From the human T2T-CHM13v2.0 reference genome, Homo sapiens, in the NCBI RefSeq assembly GCF_009914755.1, contig NC_060932.1: a DNA stretch of 64,000 bases; one strand, given 5' to 3'. Below the pieces are notes generated by a model. It had not been told where the DNA came from. It did no database searches and worked only from the letters and a program-made list of their open reading frames with translations. This document shows positions 40,967 to 53,728 of the stretch, piece after piece. How positions within the stretch are numbered: position 1 is the stretch's first letter; every line of letters begins with the position of its first letter. A program made the position numbers and the translations under genes.

Positions 40967-43900
40967 CTTTACAAAGACCTCACAGCAGTTAAGTGGTGCA
41001 GACAGGAGCTAACCCCAGTTTTGAATTTCACCATAGCCCATCCTCTTTGGGTCTTTTTTCAAGGGTTCCAAACTGGTTTAAATTTTGGCTAATTTCTCAG
41101 TTGCTGATCAGGTTCTTTATAATAATAGAAAAAAGTATATTTTATAAAATACTGAAGAACCTAGATATTGGGGCTAGACAGTCATTTGGTCCTGGGAGAC
41201 TTTCATATTTCTGAGCTTTTTGTGACCATTTTGTAATTGTTTTTATCTAGGCTCCCACTAACTTACAATTTCCTTTTCTTTTGTTAATTTATTCCCCCTT
41301 TCTCATTCTTTTCTTCTTTCTCTATTTTTCTCTTTATTATCAGCATATTGTCATTGCTGTTACCAACCATATTGTCTTGCTAGTAAGAATTAGATTAAGA
41401 AGTATATTTGATGCCTACCTTTTTTTCCATTTTGGCATTATCCATATAAGTCTCAGCATTTTTAAATGATGTGGTATATTGTATGCTAAATTACATTGCC
41501 AGATGATACCTTGGCAATATCTGTAAAACGGATGTATTTACAGAATAAATGTAATAAGCACCATAGAGTAAAATGTAGATTATAGCCGATGTATGTGAGG
41601 AAAATAAGTGGATTTACTCTGAATCAAAAGCCCTCCTCCAATATCACAACTTTTAAAAGGGATATTAGAAAATAGAATGTTCCATCTTTGCCTTGCACAG
41701 TTAAATAGAATGTACCTTTCAAAATATACCTTGTTGTATAATCTTGTTTACTGAAAATTTACTTATGATCTTCTCACTAATTAGATATATCTTTGTGAAA
41801 CACCAAAGTGGTCAGCTGACAAGACAAACTTGCCTCTTTATAGGCCCATTGTCTCAAACAATTCTTCTTGTTTTCACCCCAGACAATTTGCCTTCTATCA
41901 GTTTTCTTCGTGTTGTAATTGCAAAAGCATGAACTCTGGTTTCAGACAGATCTGAACTTAATCCTGGGTTTGATACTCATTGGATGATCTTAGGCCATTT
42001 ATTCAACTTCTCTAAGTCTCGGTTTCCAATCAGATAACCCAGGGACATTCTCCTTGTCTGTGTTAGACAGCCAAATCTCGTAATAATTATTAGGAGGATG
42101 TAAGCAATGTCTCTGTGTCTATAGAATTTGCTTTTAGACATCTCTTATACAAAAACAGGTCATTGAGCCATGCCTGAAATATGGTCAGATAAGGCCTACA
42201 CATAACTATGGGTCTATTTTTGCTTTCCTTCTCCTTCCTTTCACCCTTATCTTATACAAAAAGATACATAAAGTCTATGATACAGAGAACCAGCCCTTAA
42301 TTAGCTCATCTGTAAAATCGATGTTTTCATTGCCAGCTGTTATTTAATCCACTTCATGTGTGAGAATGGCATTCCATAAAGAACCAGTTTGCATACTTTT
42401 AGGATCAACCACTTGGGACAAACTGTGCTGTAGTTGCACTTGGTCTGCCACACACATTGTTTCACATCTCAGATCTCACATCTTCTCTACCTCATGGGGT
42501 TAACGTCTTTCTCTTAGGACGCAAACACTTGAAAGAAAAGTTGAACTTATGATGCAGAAGCAAAACCAGAATGAGTCCAATATTTAAGCTGTGAACACCT
42601 ATACAAATATTTCAATAATTGCAAGCCTCATTTATTATGAATCATTTCATAGATGTGGGCAGAGGGAAATTTTGAAGATGACGCAGAAGCATACGGAAAA
42701 CAGATGCGGAGCAGTCAGGATTACTGGATCCTGATAAATGCTTGAAAGTTACTAACTACAGTGACCTGTGTATAAACCTAGAAGGAAGAGAATGAGAGGA
42801 ACAATCAGTGTTCAATATGTGTTTAGTAAGTGCCAGATACTGGGCCACACAACCTAAATGTATTTGACACCCGCAGTGATTCTGGGCTGTTGGCACTCTG
42901 ATCATCATATTCCCACTTTGTGGATAGGTAAAATGAGACTCGGCTGATGTAATCTTATCACAAGTATAACAATCGTGTAGCTGGAATTCAAATGCTAAAG
43001 CACCTAACTATCATACTGGGTTCAAAAGGAAAAAGATAAAGTGTGAAAGCTGGCAAGTTAAGAGAGGCAGAGGACAGAAACCTGTAACAGCAGGCTTTTA
43101 AATTTTTCTTCAAAATAGGACCCAGTTTGAGGTGAAGTGTTTCTCTGACAAAAGTAATATGCAATTATAAAAACAAAAACAATGTTGGATTAGGGATAAT
43201 TACTTTATAGAATATAAAATGGGATAGAGCATTTACCAAAAACAAAACAAAACAAAAAAACCTGGACAACAGAAAGGATGCTAAAGTGAACCAGGATGTG
43301 AATGCGTGGAAGAGGGTGGTTAATTTCATGGGAGCACACATATGAAGCTAGCTGCAGAGAGGAGGATGGCGATGATTAGCACTGATTCCAGTGCGTATTA
43401 GAAAAAGACTGTTCTTTCCAGGAGAAGGGGCATGACAGAGCCAGCGCTTGGGCAGGCAGGGACTAATGGTGTCTTTAGTGGTTTATACAGGCTTCTATTT
43501 TACATCATTCCTTTTGTTACTTTTTTCTTTATTCTTCTTCTAACAAAATATCTGTCAAAAAAAAAAGGGAAAACCTCAGTTGCAAGATAAATGCGCTTTA
43601 GAAAGTACACATAACTATTATGTGAATCCAGAACTCATTGCCTACTTACCTATCATGAGAGAGATGAGATGTGGGATGGTATTTTAAATTGTACACACTT
43701 AATACAAATCAGATTTGCAAAAATAATAAGAAACAGAAAAAAGTAACTTTTATATTTTTTATATATTAAACTTCTTCAATCTCCCTTTAAAACTTTATTA
43801 TAAAACTTTAAAACTTTAGCATGCCAATTCAAGGTAACAATCTCCTCCACTTTTTAAGTTTCATTTTACATAAATATTCTGCCAGCGTAAACTTCAGATT

Positions 43901-44744
43901 CTCTATCAGAGCTGATTTGCTCATCCAAAGAGTCTCTCAGTCCCCTCTTGAGATGTTGTCTTGTTGTAAGGGGTAAATTACCTAAACTGTCTCTGCCTCA
44001 ATTTCTTAATCTGTAAAATGGAGAAGAGTGTTACTTACCTCAGAAGGTCTCTTCAGATAGTTTGAGTTAAACATACATGAGAATATTTATCATTTAGCAT
44101 ATTTAGTATTTCATAATTTTAGGATTTAAATAAGATAGAAAAAGCATGGCATATAACCAACCCAATAGATGCTATTTTTCTTTCCTCTTTCTTTTCCCCT
44201 GGAATTTAGTCTTTCACCTCTGCCCTTGTTTTTGAAGGTTGTGCAAGGATGTGGTATGATAGAATCAGGCTTGGAGAGCAGCAAGAAATAGAAATGTAGG
44301 ATTTAATTTGCCAATTCCACACACTGGGAAGAGTTCTACAGTGCCAGCCTACTGATCAAAGCTTCTAAAAGCATGGTTTTCCAAGGACTGTGGTTGATGC
44401 TTTACTTAGGGATGTTTCTAGGAAAGGAGGGGTGTGTAGTCCTCAAACTGATATCAACTACTTGCAGGACCCCTGGAAATTTAGGGAAAAAAAAATCTGA
44501 TTATTGGACTAAGCAATGTGAGGTCTGTTACACATACAAAAGTGGCTGTAGAAAGGAGGTTATCAATGATTAGAGTGGATCCCAGAAGTGTACTGCATTA
44601 GAAAAACCTCTTGCATTTTTCAGAAGGAGCCCACAGAGGCTCTCTTGATTAGCCAGAGACTGATGGTTTTCCCACAGCTGGGAAAGCAGCTCAATTCCTT
44701 CTGAAATGATAGAAGACTCCAAACATTTTCATGAAACATTTTCT

Positions 44745-45025
44745 GCATTAGTTAGCTCATGCTGTGTAGCAAGAAACCACCCCAAAACTTCATGGCTTAA
44801 ACTGACATCCATGTATTTGGTTTACAATTTGAGTCATCAATTTGGGTTATGCTCAGCTGAATGTGGCAGGATGACTCATGTGTCTGAGGTCAATTCCTAG
44901 GTCATCTGGGAACCAGTTGGTCTTGCAGGGGCCTCAGCTGAGATGAGTTACTTGACTGCTCATGAAGTCTCGCCCACTCCAGCAAGCTGGACTGGACTTG
45001 TTCCTTTGGTGGCAGAAGGGAGAAC
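44745..45025 (-). mobile_element. MLT1 LTR fragment
   Basis: aaaccaccccaaaacttcatggcttaaa...tccagcaagctggactggacttgttc. Confidence 0.65.
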
Positions 45026-45802
45026 ATTTAGAGGGTTCAGGGAATCTGTTTCTTTAAAGAGGACAAAAATATCTCATAATCAAATAAGGCTTCATGTCTA
45101 TTTTGCTCTTTTAAAAATGAATCTTTTTTCCTCTAGTTCTAAGTTGCAAGTTGTTCTATTATTAATCTGAAAGGAGAATGTGATTGAATTCAGTTTCAGA
45201 TTTACTCCAAAAACACTGTAGGTGAGCACAGACCAAAGCTGCCTCAGTCTCCTTAGGATACCTGGCCTGACCATTTTGCTCATAAAATTATCCTTCATTA
45301 CATGGATAACAGATCAAATATATACTAATTCAGAAGTGTAAAATATTTAAAAGGTTGGATTCCTTCCTTTGATCATGAGAAGAGAAAGCTCAAACTTGAC
45401 GGAGCAAATATGGCAAAGATAACTGTGGTACTGCTGTTGAAATAGCCTGCGATGCTAAAAGCTGCCTTGACTTGATTGTGGAAGGACCTCACCTAGCACA
45501 GTAATATTTAGGTCATTTACATTGTAAACTGGAAGGCACAAATCTAAGAGATCTCAGAAGCAGGGGAAGGAGTTTATAAGACAAAAAAAAAATAAGGTGA
45601 GGTAGCAGGAAGGAGAGGGAGAACACAGATAGTGAGAGAAAGAGAAAATTAAAAATGGAAAGTAGAAAGTAAGGGGGTAAAGGGAAGGGAAACCCAACAC
45701 AGTTGCAGTTCTGTAGCAGGAAAAGATTTTAAGCAACACCTGGGCTTTGTCCTCAAGATGTTCTTGCACCTACCATGTCTAGAAATAGGAGGAAGAGATG
45801 GG

Positions 45803-46186
45803 CAGAGCCAGGACTAAGAGGAGGTGAATATGGCATTTACTTTGGGTGCCAATTTCAAGGGGGCACAAAAACATCTCAGTAATCAAGAAATTTATATTTT
45901 ATGAGATACATTAAAAATGTCAAAATTAACACAAATCTATGATGAACAATATATTAAAATTTTTCATAAAAAGAGGATTAGCATTGTTGATTTTCCTGTT
46001 GTTTCAAGTTTCCAATATGGCTCCGCATGGAACCCTTTTATTTAGAAACTTAAAGTCGCTCATCATGATTTTTGCATTATTTTGTATTTTAAAATTTTTC
46101 ATTAAAATATTATTTCTCTTGATTACTGAGTTTTTCTTGTGCCTTTAAATTTTGTACCTGCCTTATTCGCCTCCCTTTAGGCCCTG
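45803..46186. mobile_element. MER96B-like palindromic hAT-Tip100 MITE
   Basis: Ends cagagccagg and ggccctg; arm ctcagtaatcaaga mirrored by tcttgattactgag; centre ccaatatggctc. Confidence 0.8.
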
Positions 46187-46219
46187 AATGGGATGGGAGG
46201 GTGAAATAACCTGATCTAG

Positions 46220-46470
46220 TAGTGGTTAAGTATGAGGACTTTGGATCCCACTGCTTAGACTGAACCCCACTACTCTGCATTGTAGCTCTCTCTATTCATG
46301 CTGTCAGAACTTGGGCAAGTTAATAAACCTGCACTCTCAATGTTTCTGTAAAATGGAGGTAAAAATAATCCTTCCTCATAGAAGGATTGTGAGGACTAAA
46401 TGGATTAATAACATGAATATATCTAAAATAAAATAATTCCTGAATATAGCAGGTGCTTTAAAAAGGGTCA
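46220..46470 (+). mobile_element. MIR
   Basis: tagtggttaag...cttgggcaagtt...ctgtaaaatggag...gattgtgaggactaaatg. Confidence 0.75.
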
Positions 46471-46667
46471 GTGCTGAGGATTAGGGCTGTCTGTTCTGAT
46501 GTCAACCCAAAGCATGTGGGTAGTGCTGCCTAATACCTCATTATCATTAAATGCCACACATATGTCTTTTCCACATACATGTTCCTCCCCCTGCCAAATA
46601 CGTCTATGAAAGACATAGTTTCATTTCTGATTTTGTGATCTGTAATTTTCATGTAAACCTTACAAAA

Positions 46668-46822
46668 GTGTTTCTTAATTTTGCTTGAATATTAGATATA
46701 TCTAGGAAGATTTTTTAAATCCCAGTGGCCAGGCTGCATTCTAGAAATTAACTAGAATCTTGGAGGGAGAGAACTAGGCATCAGTATTTTTTTTCAGTTT
46801 CCACGGTAATTTTATTGTAGAG
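46668..46822. mobile_element. MER5A-like hAT element
   Basis: agtgtttctt...aggcatcagtatttt...tttgagaatcactg. Confidence 0.6.
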
Positions 46823-47955
46823 GTAAATTTGAGAATCACTGCCTTGGAGGCTGCGTGCTGTATGACAGTACAGGTGTGGGACTAAGATATGTCTAAGCAT
46901 CATTGCAAGTTCTACCCCTTGTTGACAGGGTAAACTTGAGTTATAGTGTCTAAACATCTTTTCTAATCAGTAATAAGAAAAAAAATATTGGGATGAGGGT
47001 GTGGCATGTAGTACGTGGATATTAAATATTACTTTTCTCTATGTTCCCCAACATTTTGTTTTCTCCTTTCCCTTGTTCCTTCCTCCTTCCTCCTCATTCT
47101 CTTCTTCTTATCTCTCTTCTTCCCTTCAGCCCTCAAGCATTCATGAAGCACATACAACGAAGCAGAATTTTTACTATGCCCTGACAGTGTGAAGGTGAAT
47201 GACCCATACTGAAAAGACTCACCAATTGAGAGAAGGGAATTACATGTAAATGAAAGACAGTAAGGAAGCAAACAGTATGACTACAGTGGTTCTGATATTC
47301 AGAACCTCTTGATGGAATCTCTTGTGGGAAGTCAGAGAATATCAAGATTTCCCAAGGCTGCACTAAACCCTCTGTTTTTAAAATATATTATTGTTAAATA
47401 GGCAGAAGGACCGTTAGGGTCAAACCAATAAAACAGAACAAAAGGATGATAATACTCCTACTGTGTTTGAGTAATAGAAAAACACGCACAGTCAAAATAG
47501 AATGTAGTAAAGAACAAACATGGTTCTCTTATTTATTCCTACAACAGATTGTGATGTGATCAAAATGACAAATTGTGTCACTTCAGTGAGAGTTTCCTGT
47601 GAGACTTTGAGAACACAACGAATTAAATTTAATGTAGAATTGAGTAAGAAAAGTTGGTTATAAAGAAGTAGTACAAGCACCAAAATAGAATTTGGAGAAT
47701 GCCAAGACATCAAAAGCCATGTTATCATAAACATGTCTACTAAACACACTAATCGATTGACTAATTTTTACACGAAGGGAATTTGAAAAGATCGTTTTAT
47801 GTATCCTGTTATAATTCAGAAAAAAAAATTATCATGATTTTTATAATACTTTACCTGAGAAAATTTCTTTTGAATGCCTAAGAAGAGATCCTGTGGAGAA
47901 GCAACATCCTCTGTGGATACAATTGTTAAATAAATAATATTTATTATATGATTAC

Positions 47956-48309
47956 TGATATAGTTTGGCTGTGTCCCCACCCAAATGTCATCTTGAATTG
48001 TAGCCCTCATAATTTCTAGGTGTTCTGGGAGAGACCTAGTGAGAGATAATTGAATCATGGGGGCTGTTTCCCCCATACTGTTCTCATGGTAGTGAATAAG
48101 TCTCATGAGATCTGATGGTTTTACACAGGGTTTCCCCTTTCGCTTGTCTCTGATTTTCTCTCTTGCCTGTGGCCATGCTTTCGCCTTCCACCATGATTGT
48201 GAGGCCTCCAGAGCCACGTGGAACTATGAGTCCATTAAATCTCTTTTTCTTTATAAATTACCCAGTCTCGGGTATGTCTTTATCAGCAGGATGAGAACGG
48301 ACTAATACA
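47956..48309 (+). mobile_element. THE1 (B/C) solo LTR
   Basis: tgatatagtttggctgtgtccccaccc...ggactaataca; perfect 5-bp TSD attac at 47951-47955 and 48310-48314. Confidence 0.95.
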
Positions 48310-48559
48310 ATTACTATGTGTAATGGGTAATACCAACCACACATTTTCATAGATACGTTATGCAATTATTACAAAAGCCTATGAAGTAATACTAATATTT
48401 GCCTCATTCTCAGATACGGACAAGGCAAAAAGGAGTACAATACATTGAACAAGATAACACAGTGAGCGACTGAGGTGCAATTTCAAGCCACACAGTCTAA
48501 ATTCAGAGTCTGAGCCCTAATTCTTAAATGTAAAGGCTGTATTACATCATTCCATGGAG

Positions 48560-48725
48560 GCTTGCTATTCAAAGTGCGGCCCATAGTCCAGCATCATCAC
48601 CACCAATGAAGAGCTTGATAAAATGCAGAGTCTCAGGCAACAACCTAGACCTACTGTACTGAAATCTGCATTTTCACAAAATCCCATGGGGATTCAGATA
48701 GGCATTAAAGTTTGAGAAGCACTAC
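48560..48725. mobile_element. MER5B-like hAT element
   Basis: tcaaagtgcggccc...aaatgcagagtctcagg...aatctgcatttt...aaagtttgagaagcact. Confidence 0.7.
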
Positions 48726-49822
48726 TATGGAGAAGCTCAGAACAATAATACTTTTGCACTAGGTCACGAAATATGTCTACTGAGCGATAACAGTCTTTGC
48801 TGGAAAAACTCCAAAGATATTTTCAGGTTTAGTTCTCTGCTTCCAAGCTTATCTTGTCAAGTTGATAATTCCATGGTGTTCTTAAATCCCTTTAGGGATT
48901 ATAATTCTTCACTCAATTTTTAAAGTGTTGCCTGAAGGTGGTCCTGTCTCTACTCCTAAATGGGTTTCAAGGAAAGAACCATCCTGGCACATGCTATAAG
49001 GTTCAGTGTCTCAGAGAATGAATAGACGCAAAATAACAAAAGCAGAAGTCACAGCCTCAGACTTCACCAGCAGTTTCTTTCCTACTTAAAACAAGTATAA
49101 CTAGTATTTGGACTGTGCTTTACAGTTTACAATAAAATTTTACACACACACACATATATAATTTGAAGTTGAAATACTTCAAATTGGAATATTTACCAAG
49201 GATTACAAAGTCTCTTAGGTATCTGTAAAGTCCTATGTTTGCTTGTGAATCACTTCACTGCGCTTCTATAAACTAACCGGCAGTGAGCTTGTTCAAGGAA
49301 TCTGATGTGGCTGTAATCTTCAAGAAACCGTTTCAGAAGGCAAAGAAAAGCAGACTAAAATCAAAGAAAAGAAAGCTGTAGCTGACAGTTAGAGATCTTA
49401 AATTGCATAGTTATTTAGTGTTTCCAGTTTTCAGATTTCAGAATAAACTATAGGTCATATTCTGAATGAGTATATGCATTAAATAACATATAAATATTGG
49501 TACACTTAAAGAGGGAAGTGAATGTTTTAGGATGTCTAAAGACATCTTTGCAGGGAATTCAGAGAATATGTGCCAGACAAAGAGGGCCAAGAGGAATTTT
49601 TTGCTAATTAGTGAGGAAGCTTCTTACAAACATTAGTTAGGTACTTCCTTCTATTACGTAAGTTGAAATGCTTCTTATTGAAAGTGAAGTTCATATTCAC
49701 CAAGTGTATCCTGAGTGAGCCTTACAAGATCAGAGGTCAATAGAATGAAACAAACCTGCCCTAGAGCCCTAGTTCCACGTTTTATTAATTTAGATGGCCT
49801 TAGTAGGCTGCTTAATATTTCT

Positions 49823-49994
49823 TTATTTATTTTTTTTTTTTATTATTACACTTTAAGTTCTTGACATTACACACCAGGGCCTGTTGTGGGGTGGGGGGAG
49901 GGAGGAGGGATAGCATTAGGAGAAATATCTAATGTAAATGACGAGTTAATGGGTGCAGCGCACCAACATGGCACATGTATACATATGTAACAAA
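49823..49994 (-). mobile_element. Minimal 5'-inverted L1PA insertion inside a MIR
   Basis: Poly-T plus attacactttaagttct (antisense L1 end), then a sense 3'-UTR piece; perfect 18-bp TSD aggctgcttaatatttct at 49805-49822 and 49995-50012. Confidence 0.93.
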
Positions 49995-51873
49995 AGGCTG
50001 CTTAATATTTCTAAGCTTCAATTTCATCGCCTGTAAGATGAAGATCCTAAGAGCACATACCTTCTCTGTTTACTGTGAACATTAAGTATAATTTAATGAC
50101 CATGGCTTGTATATACTGAGACCTCATTAAAACAATTCAGCAAAGATTTTTGAGTATCTACACTGTAGCAGGTCCAAGCACTACAAAAATAAGACACAAT
50201 ACCATTCCTATCCTCACAGGGCTTGCGCTCTAGCGGAGGTCATTATTGGCATAATCGCATCAGCAAATGTAAAATTGCTCTGAGAGCTTACAAAAGTGTT
50301 TGACCTGTTCACAAAGACTTTATTAGAATTAGGCTAAACAATCTCAGAAATATTTGCCACTCTTCACAATGCCCCTGCCTTGTGCATACACGGCAGATGA
50401 AGAAGCACCAGAGATGAAAGGTGGAAGAAAGAATCTTGAATACCATTCATTGTGAGTTCTGGCCATTTCTTTTGCAGGAGCTTGACTCATTTGTGAGCCA
50501 GGCATCTAAGCTATTATCAAATAATAAAGGAAGCATGAGTTTTTGCCATAATATTTGTGCAATTTGAAGATGGGTAGGACCTCTTATGGCTGTATTCAGA
50601 TGTGTGGGCAGGAGGAAGTGACTGCTCTCAAAGTGTTCCCTATCCCACTCAAAGAAAAAAACATTTTTATTATGTCTGCTTTCTCAGAGGATATAATCTA
50701 GTAGCTACCCTCATTTTTTTTATGCTTTTTTTTTTTTAAGTAGAAATGAGGACAGGAACACTGTCCTTCTGAAGCTCCTCTCTGTCAAAGGACTTCTGGG
50801 ATTTCCAGCATGTGGAAGAAGATCAGAAAGTCTCTGCAGAACCTCTGCCAAGTTGCTAGAGTCAGAGACTCTTCCCACACTCTCCTGGGTCTCGTCAATT
50901 CTTATCAAAGATGCAGGGGTGGCAGCAGCCACTTTTCAGCTTCAGAGAAGGAAGCAAATGGTTTACAGGAAAAGAAAGCCAACACGGGGAAGCACAAGAC
51001 TGCTGTCAAGTGTCATTTATCCTGTCTCTGGCCATCGAAGAGGCTTAGGCTTGTGTGGAAATGGGTGTCGAGGCCAGCACCTCTCAGCAAAATGAGAGCC
51101 ATGGAGAGAAATGTTTATTTCTGTGTATACTTTGCAAAAGTTGGGTGGTTAGGATCCAGAAATTAAGGGAACTATGTTGGGTCAAATTTTCAAGCCACTC
51201 GACCTTCCTTAGTTCTGTCTTTAAAATCTAGCCCCATTCATTCGGCATATAGGATCCCTGCATGGCAAGCAAAACCCAACCTCTGGCATCAACGCACTGA
51301 AGGCTTCTTGGAGGGCTTACAAAGCATTGTGAAGCGTTAAATGTAAATGAATCAGGAACACATGGATTCAATTTCCCTGGAAATTCACATGTGCTTGGAA
51401 ATGAAGGGGGGTAGTGTCTGGCCAAATGTGCTGTGATTTATCTGACCCCACAATATACCCCTCCGCTCTCTTTTCCTCCTCTGAAAATCATTCAAAACTT
51501 TGGTTAATGTCACACCATGGCTGAGTTCTTTAGAATCTTGAAGCCTGGAGTGGTTTGAGTTCCTGAAATACTCCACTGAGTTAAAAAGGGCATTTAGAGA
51601 GCCTTCCCCTCTTCCTCCCACTCTTCCCTCCCCAACCAAAGATTCTCACATGGTTTTCTTCTACTTAATAGGGCTGAATTAAGGCAGGGATGTGATGATG
51701 TTAGTTCGATCACAACACTAACTACCTATTGCAATCCGTGGAAGTCTTCACTTTCTGCAACATACATTTTCATTCACAAGATGTTGGCATAAAAAAAAAA
51801 TTCTGCCAGTGCAAATCAGGTTTATTTTATTTTATTTTTAGAAAACTATCACTTAGATAAAGGAGTTGAATTA

Positions 51874-52611
51874 GCCCTTTGTCCGATGAATAAATTGCAA
51901 AAATTTTCTCCTATTCTGTAGGTTGCCTGTTGACTCTGATGATAGTTTCTTTTGCTGTGCGGAAGCTCTTCAGTTTAATTAGATTCCATTTGTCAATTTT
52001 GGCTTTTGTTGCCATTGTTTTTGGTGTTTTAGTCATGAAGTCTTTGCCCAGGCCTATGTCCTGAACCAGAAATACCATTTGACCCAGCAATCCCATTACT
52101 GGGTATATACCCAAAGGATTATAAATCATTTTACTATAAAGACACATTCACATGTATGTTTATTGCAGCACTGTTCACAATAGCAAAGACTTGGAACCAA
52201 CCCAAATGTCCATCAATGATCGACTGGATAAAGAAAATGTGGCACATTACACCATGGAATACTATGCAGCCATCAAAAAGGATGAGTTCATGTCCTTTGA
52301 AAGGACATGGATGAAGCTGGAAACCATCATTCTCAGCAATCTAACACAGGAACAGAAAACCAAACACCGCATGTTCTCACTGATAAGTGGGAGTCGAACA
52401 ATGAGAATACATGGACACAGGGAGGGGAACATCACATGCCAGGGCCTGTTGGGGGGTGAGGGGTTAGGGGAGGGAGAGCATTAGGAGAAATACCTAAGGT
52501 AGATGGCAGGTTGATGGGTGCAGCCACCCACCATGGCACATGTATACCTATGTAACAAACCTGCACATTCTGCACATGTATCCCAGAACCTAAAGTATAA
52601 TTTTTTTAAAA
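51874..52611 (+). mobile_element. 5'-inverted L1PA (PA7-like): inverted ORF2 piece 51874-52065, sense 3' end 52063-52611
   Basis: Antisense [20 protein letters not shown]; sense [16 protein letters not shown]...; TSD aaaggagt(t/a)gaatta at 51859-51873 and 52612-52626. Confidence 0.93.
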
Positions 52612-53455
52612 AAAGGAGTAGAATTATACAGGCATCACCCTCATTACCATCATCAGCAACATCACATTTATTTACTGTTTTAAAGTTTCAGAACATCTTT
52701 GTTAATCATCACATTTACTGGCCATAACATCTGCCTGCACTGAGTATTCAAGATGGAATCATTTAGAGCCTACTTAGGGTTATTGGGCAGAGAGATACCT
52801 TAGTCTAAGAGCTGGGGCCAGGACATCAGAAAAAAAAAAGACTTTGAGTCTCCTAAGTTTTGATTAATGGTGATAATAAAAGTTATAAGGGTTTATAAGG
52901 GTGATAAAAAATATTTGGGTAATAACAAAGCAGCTGGATGAAGCGTCCACACTTTTGGGTCTTCGCCAGCATTAACTGGTTTTACCTTTGTCCTTCTGCT
53001 CCTTCTTGGGCCAGTTGGTGACTACAAACTATCTTGGGCCTGTCCTCACTCTTCCTGGCTCACTTTTTCTCTGCCCACCTGGCTAACATTGTCTTGGTAT
53101 CTTTCATTTTTTCCATAGATTTCTTCCACCGGTTGTGATTTTGTCCCAGGAGAATGTGTGCACACGGTGGCCACCAGAGGGAGCCCTTCAGCGACAGAGG
53201 ATGAGAGCTGCAGGATGGTAAGGGCTCATGCTGGGAAACTTCAGTAATTATTATCATGGACCATTCTTAGCCTCTCTTTATATGCCTCAGCCAAACTGCC
53301 TCCTTTCTTTTCCTGTCCATTTTACACTTCCACCCAGACTCTCTTCACCCAGCATCACGGATGACTGACTTCTGGAATCCTCAAAGTTCTGGTTTATCAC
53401 CTTTTCAAAGAGGCCTACCTCTGATCCCTAGATCATTTTCATAGATCCTTTTATG

Positions 53456-53728
53456 TTTTTGTTTTGCTTTGTTTGAGACAGAGTCTTGTTCTGTCGCCCA
53501 GGCTGGAGTACAGTAGTGCGATTTCAGTTCACTGCAACCTCTGCCTCCCGGGTTCAAGCAATCCTCCCTGCTCAGCCTCCCGAGTAGCTGGGATTACAGG
53601 AGTGTACCATCACACGCAGCTAATTTTTGTATTTTTAGTAGACACGGGGTTTCACCATGTTGGTCAGGCTGGTCTCGAACTCCTGACCTCAGATGATCCA
53701 CCCATCTTGGCCTCCCAAAGTGCTGGGA
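53456..53728 (-). mobile_element. AluSx-like, slightly 5'-truncated, within an L2-like region
   Basis: 17-bp perfect TSD tcatagatccttttatg at 53439-53455 and 53729-53745. Confidence 0.95.

Noticed and set aside
50749-50767. aggacag-gaaca-ctgtcct as a steroid-receptor element or hairpin
   Set aside because: Half-site spacing is not 3 bp, and a 7-bp stem is expected by chance
51911-52147. Chimeric 78-aa ORF with an L1 ORF2-like C-terminus
   Set aside because: It simply reads across the L1 inversion junction
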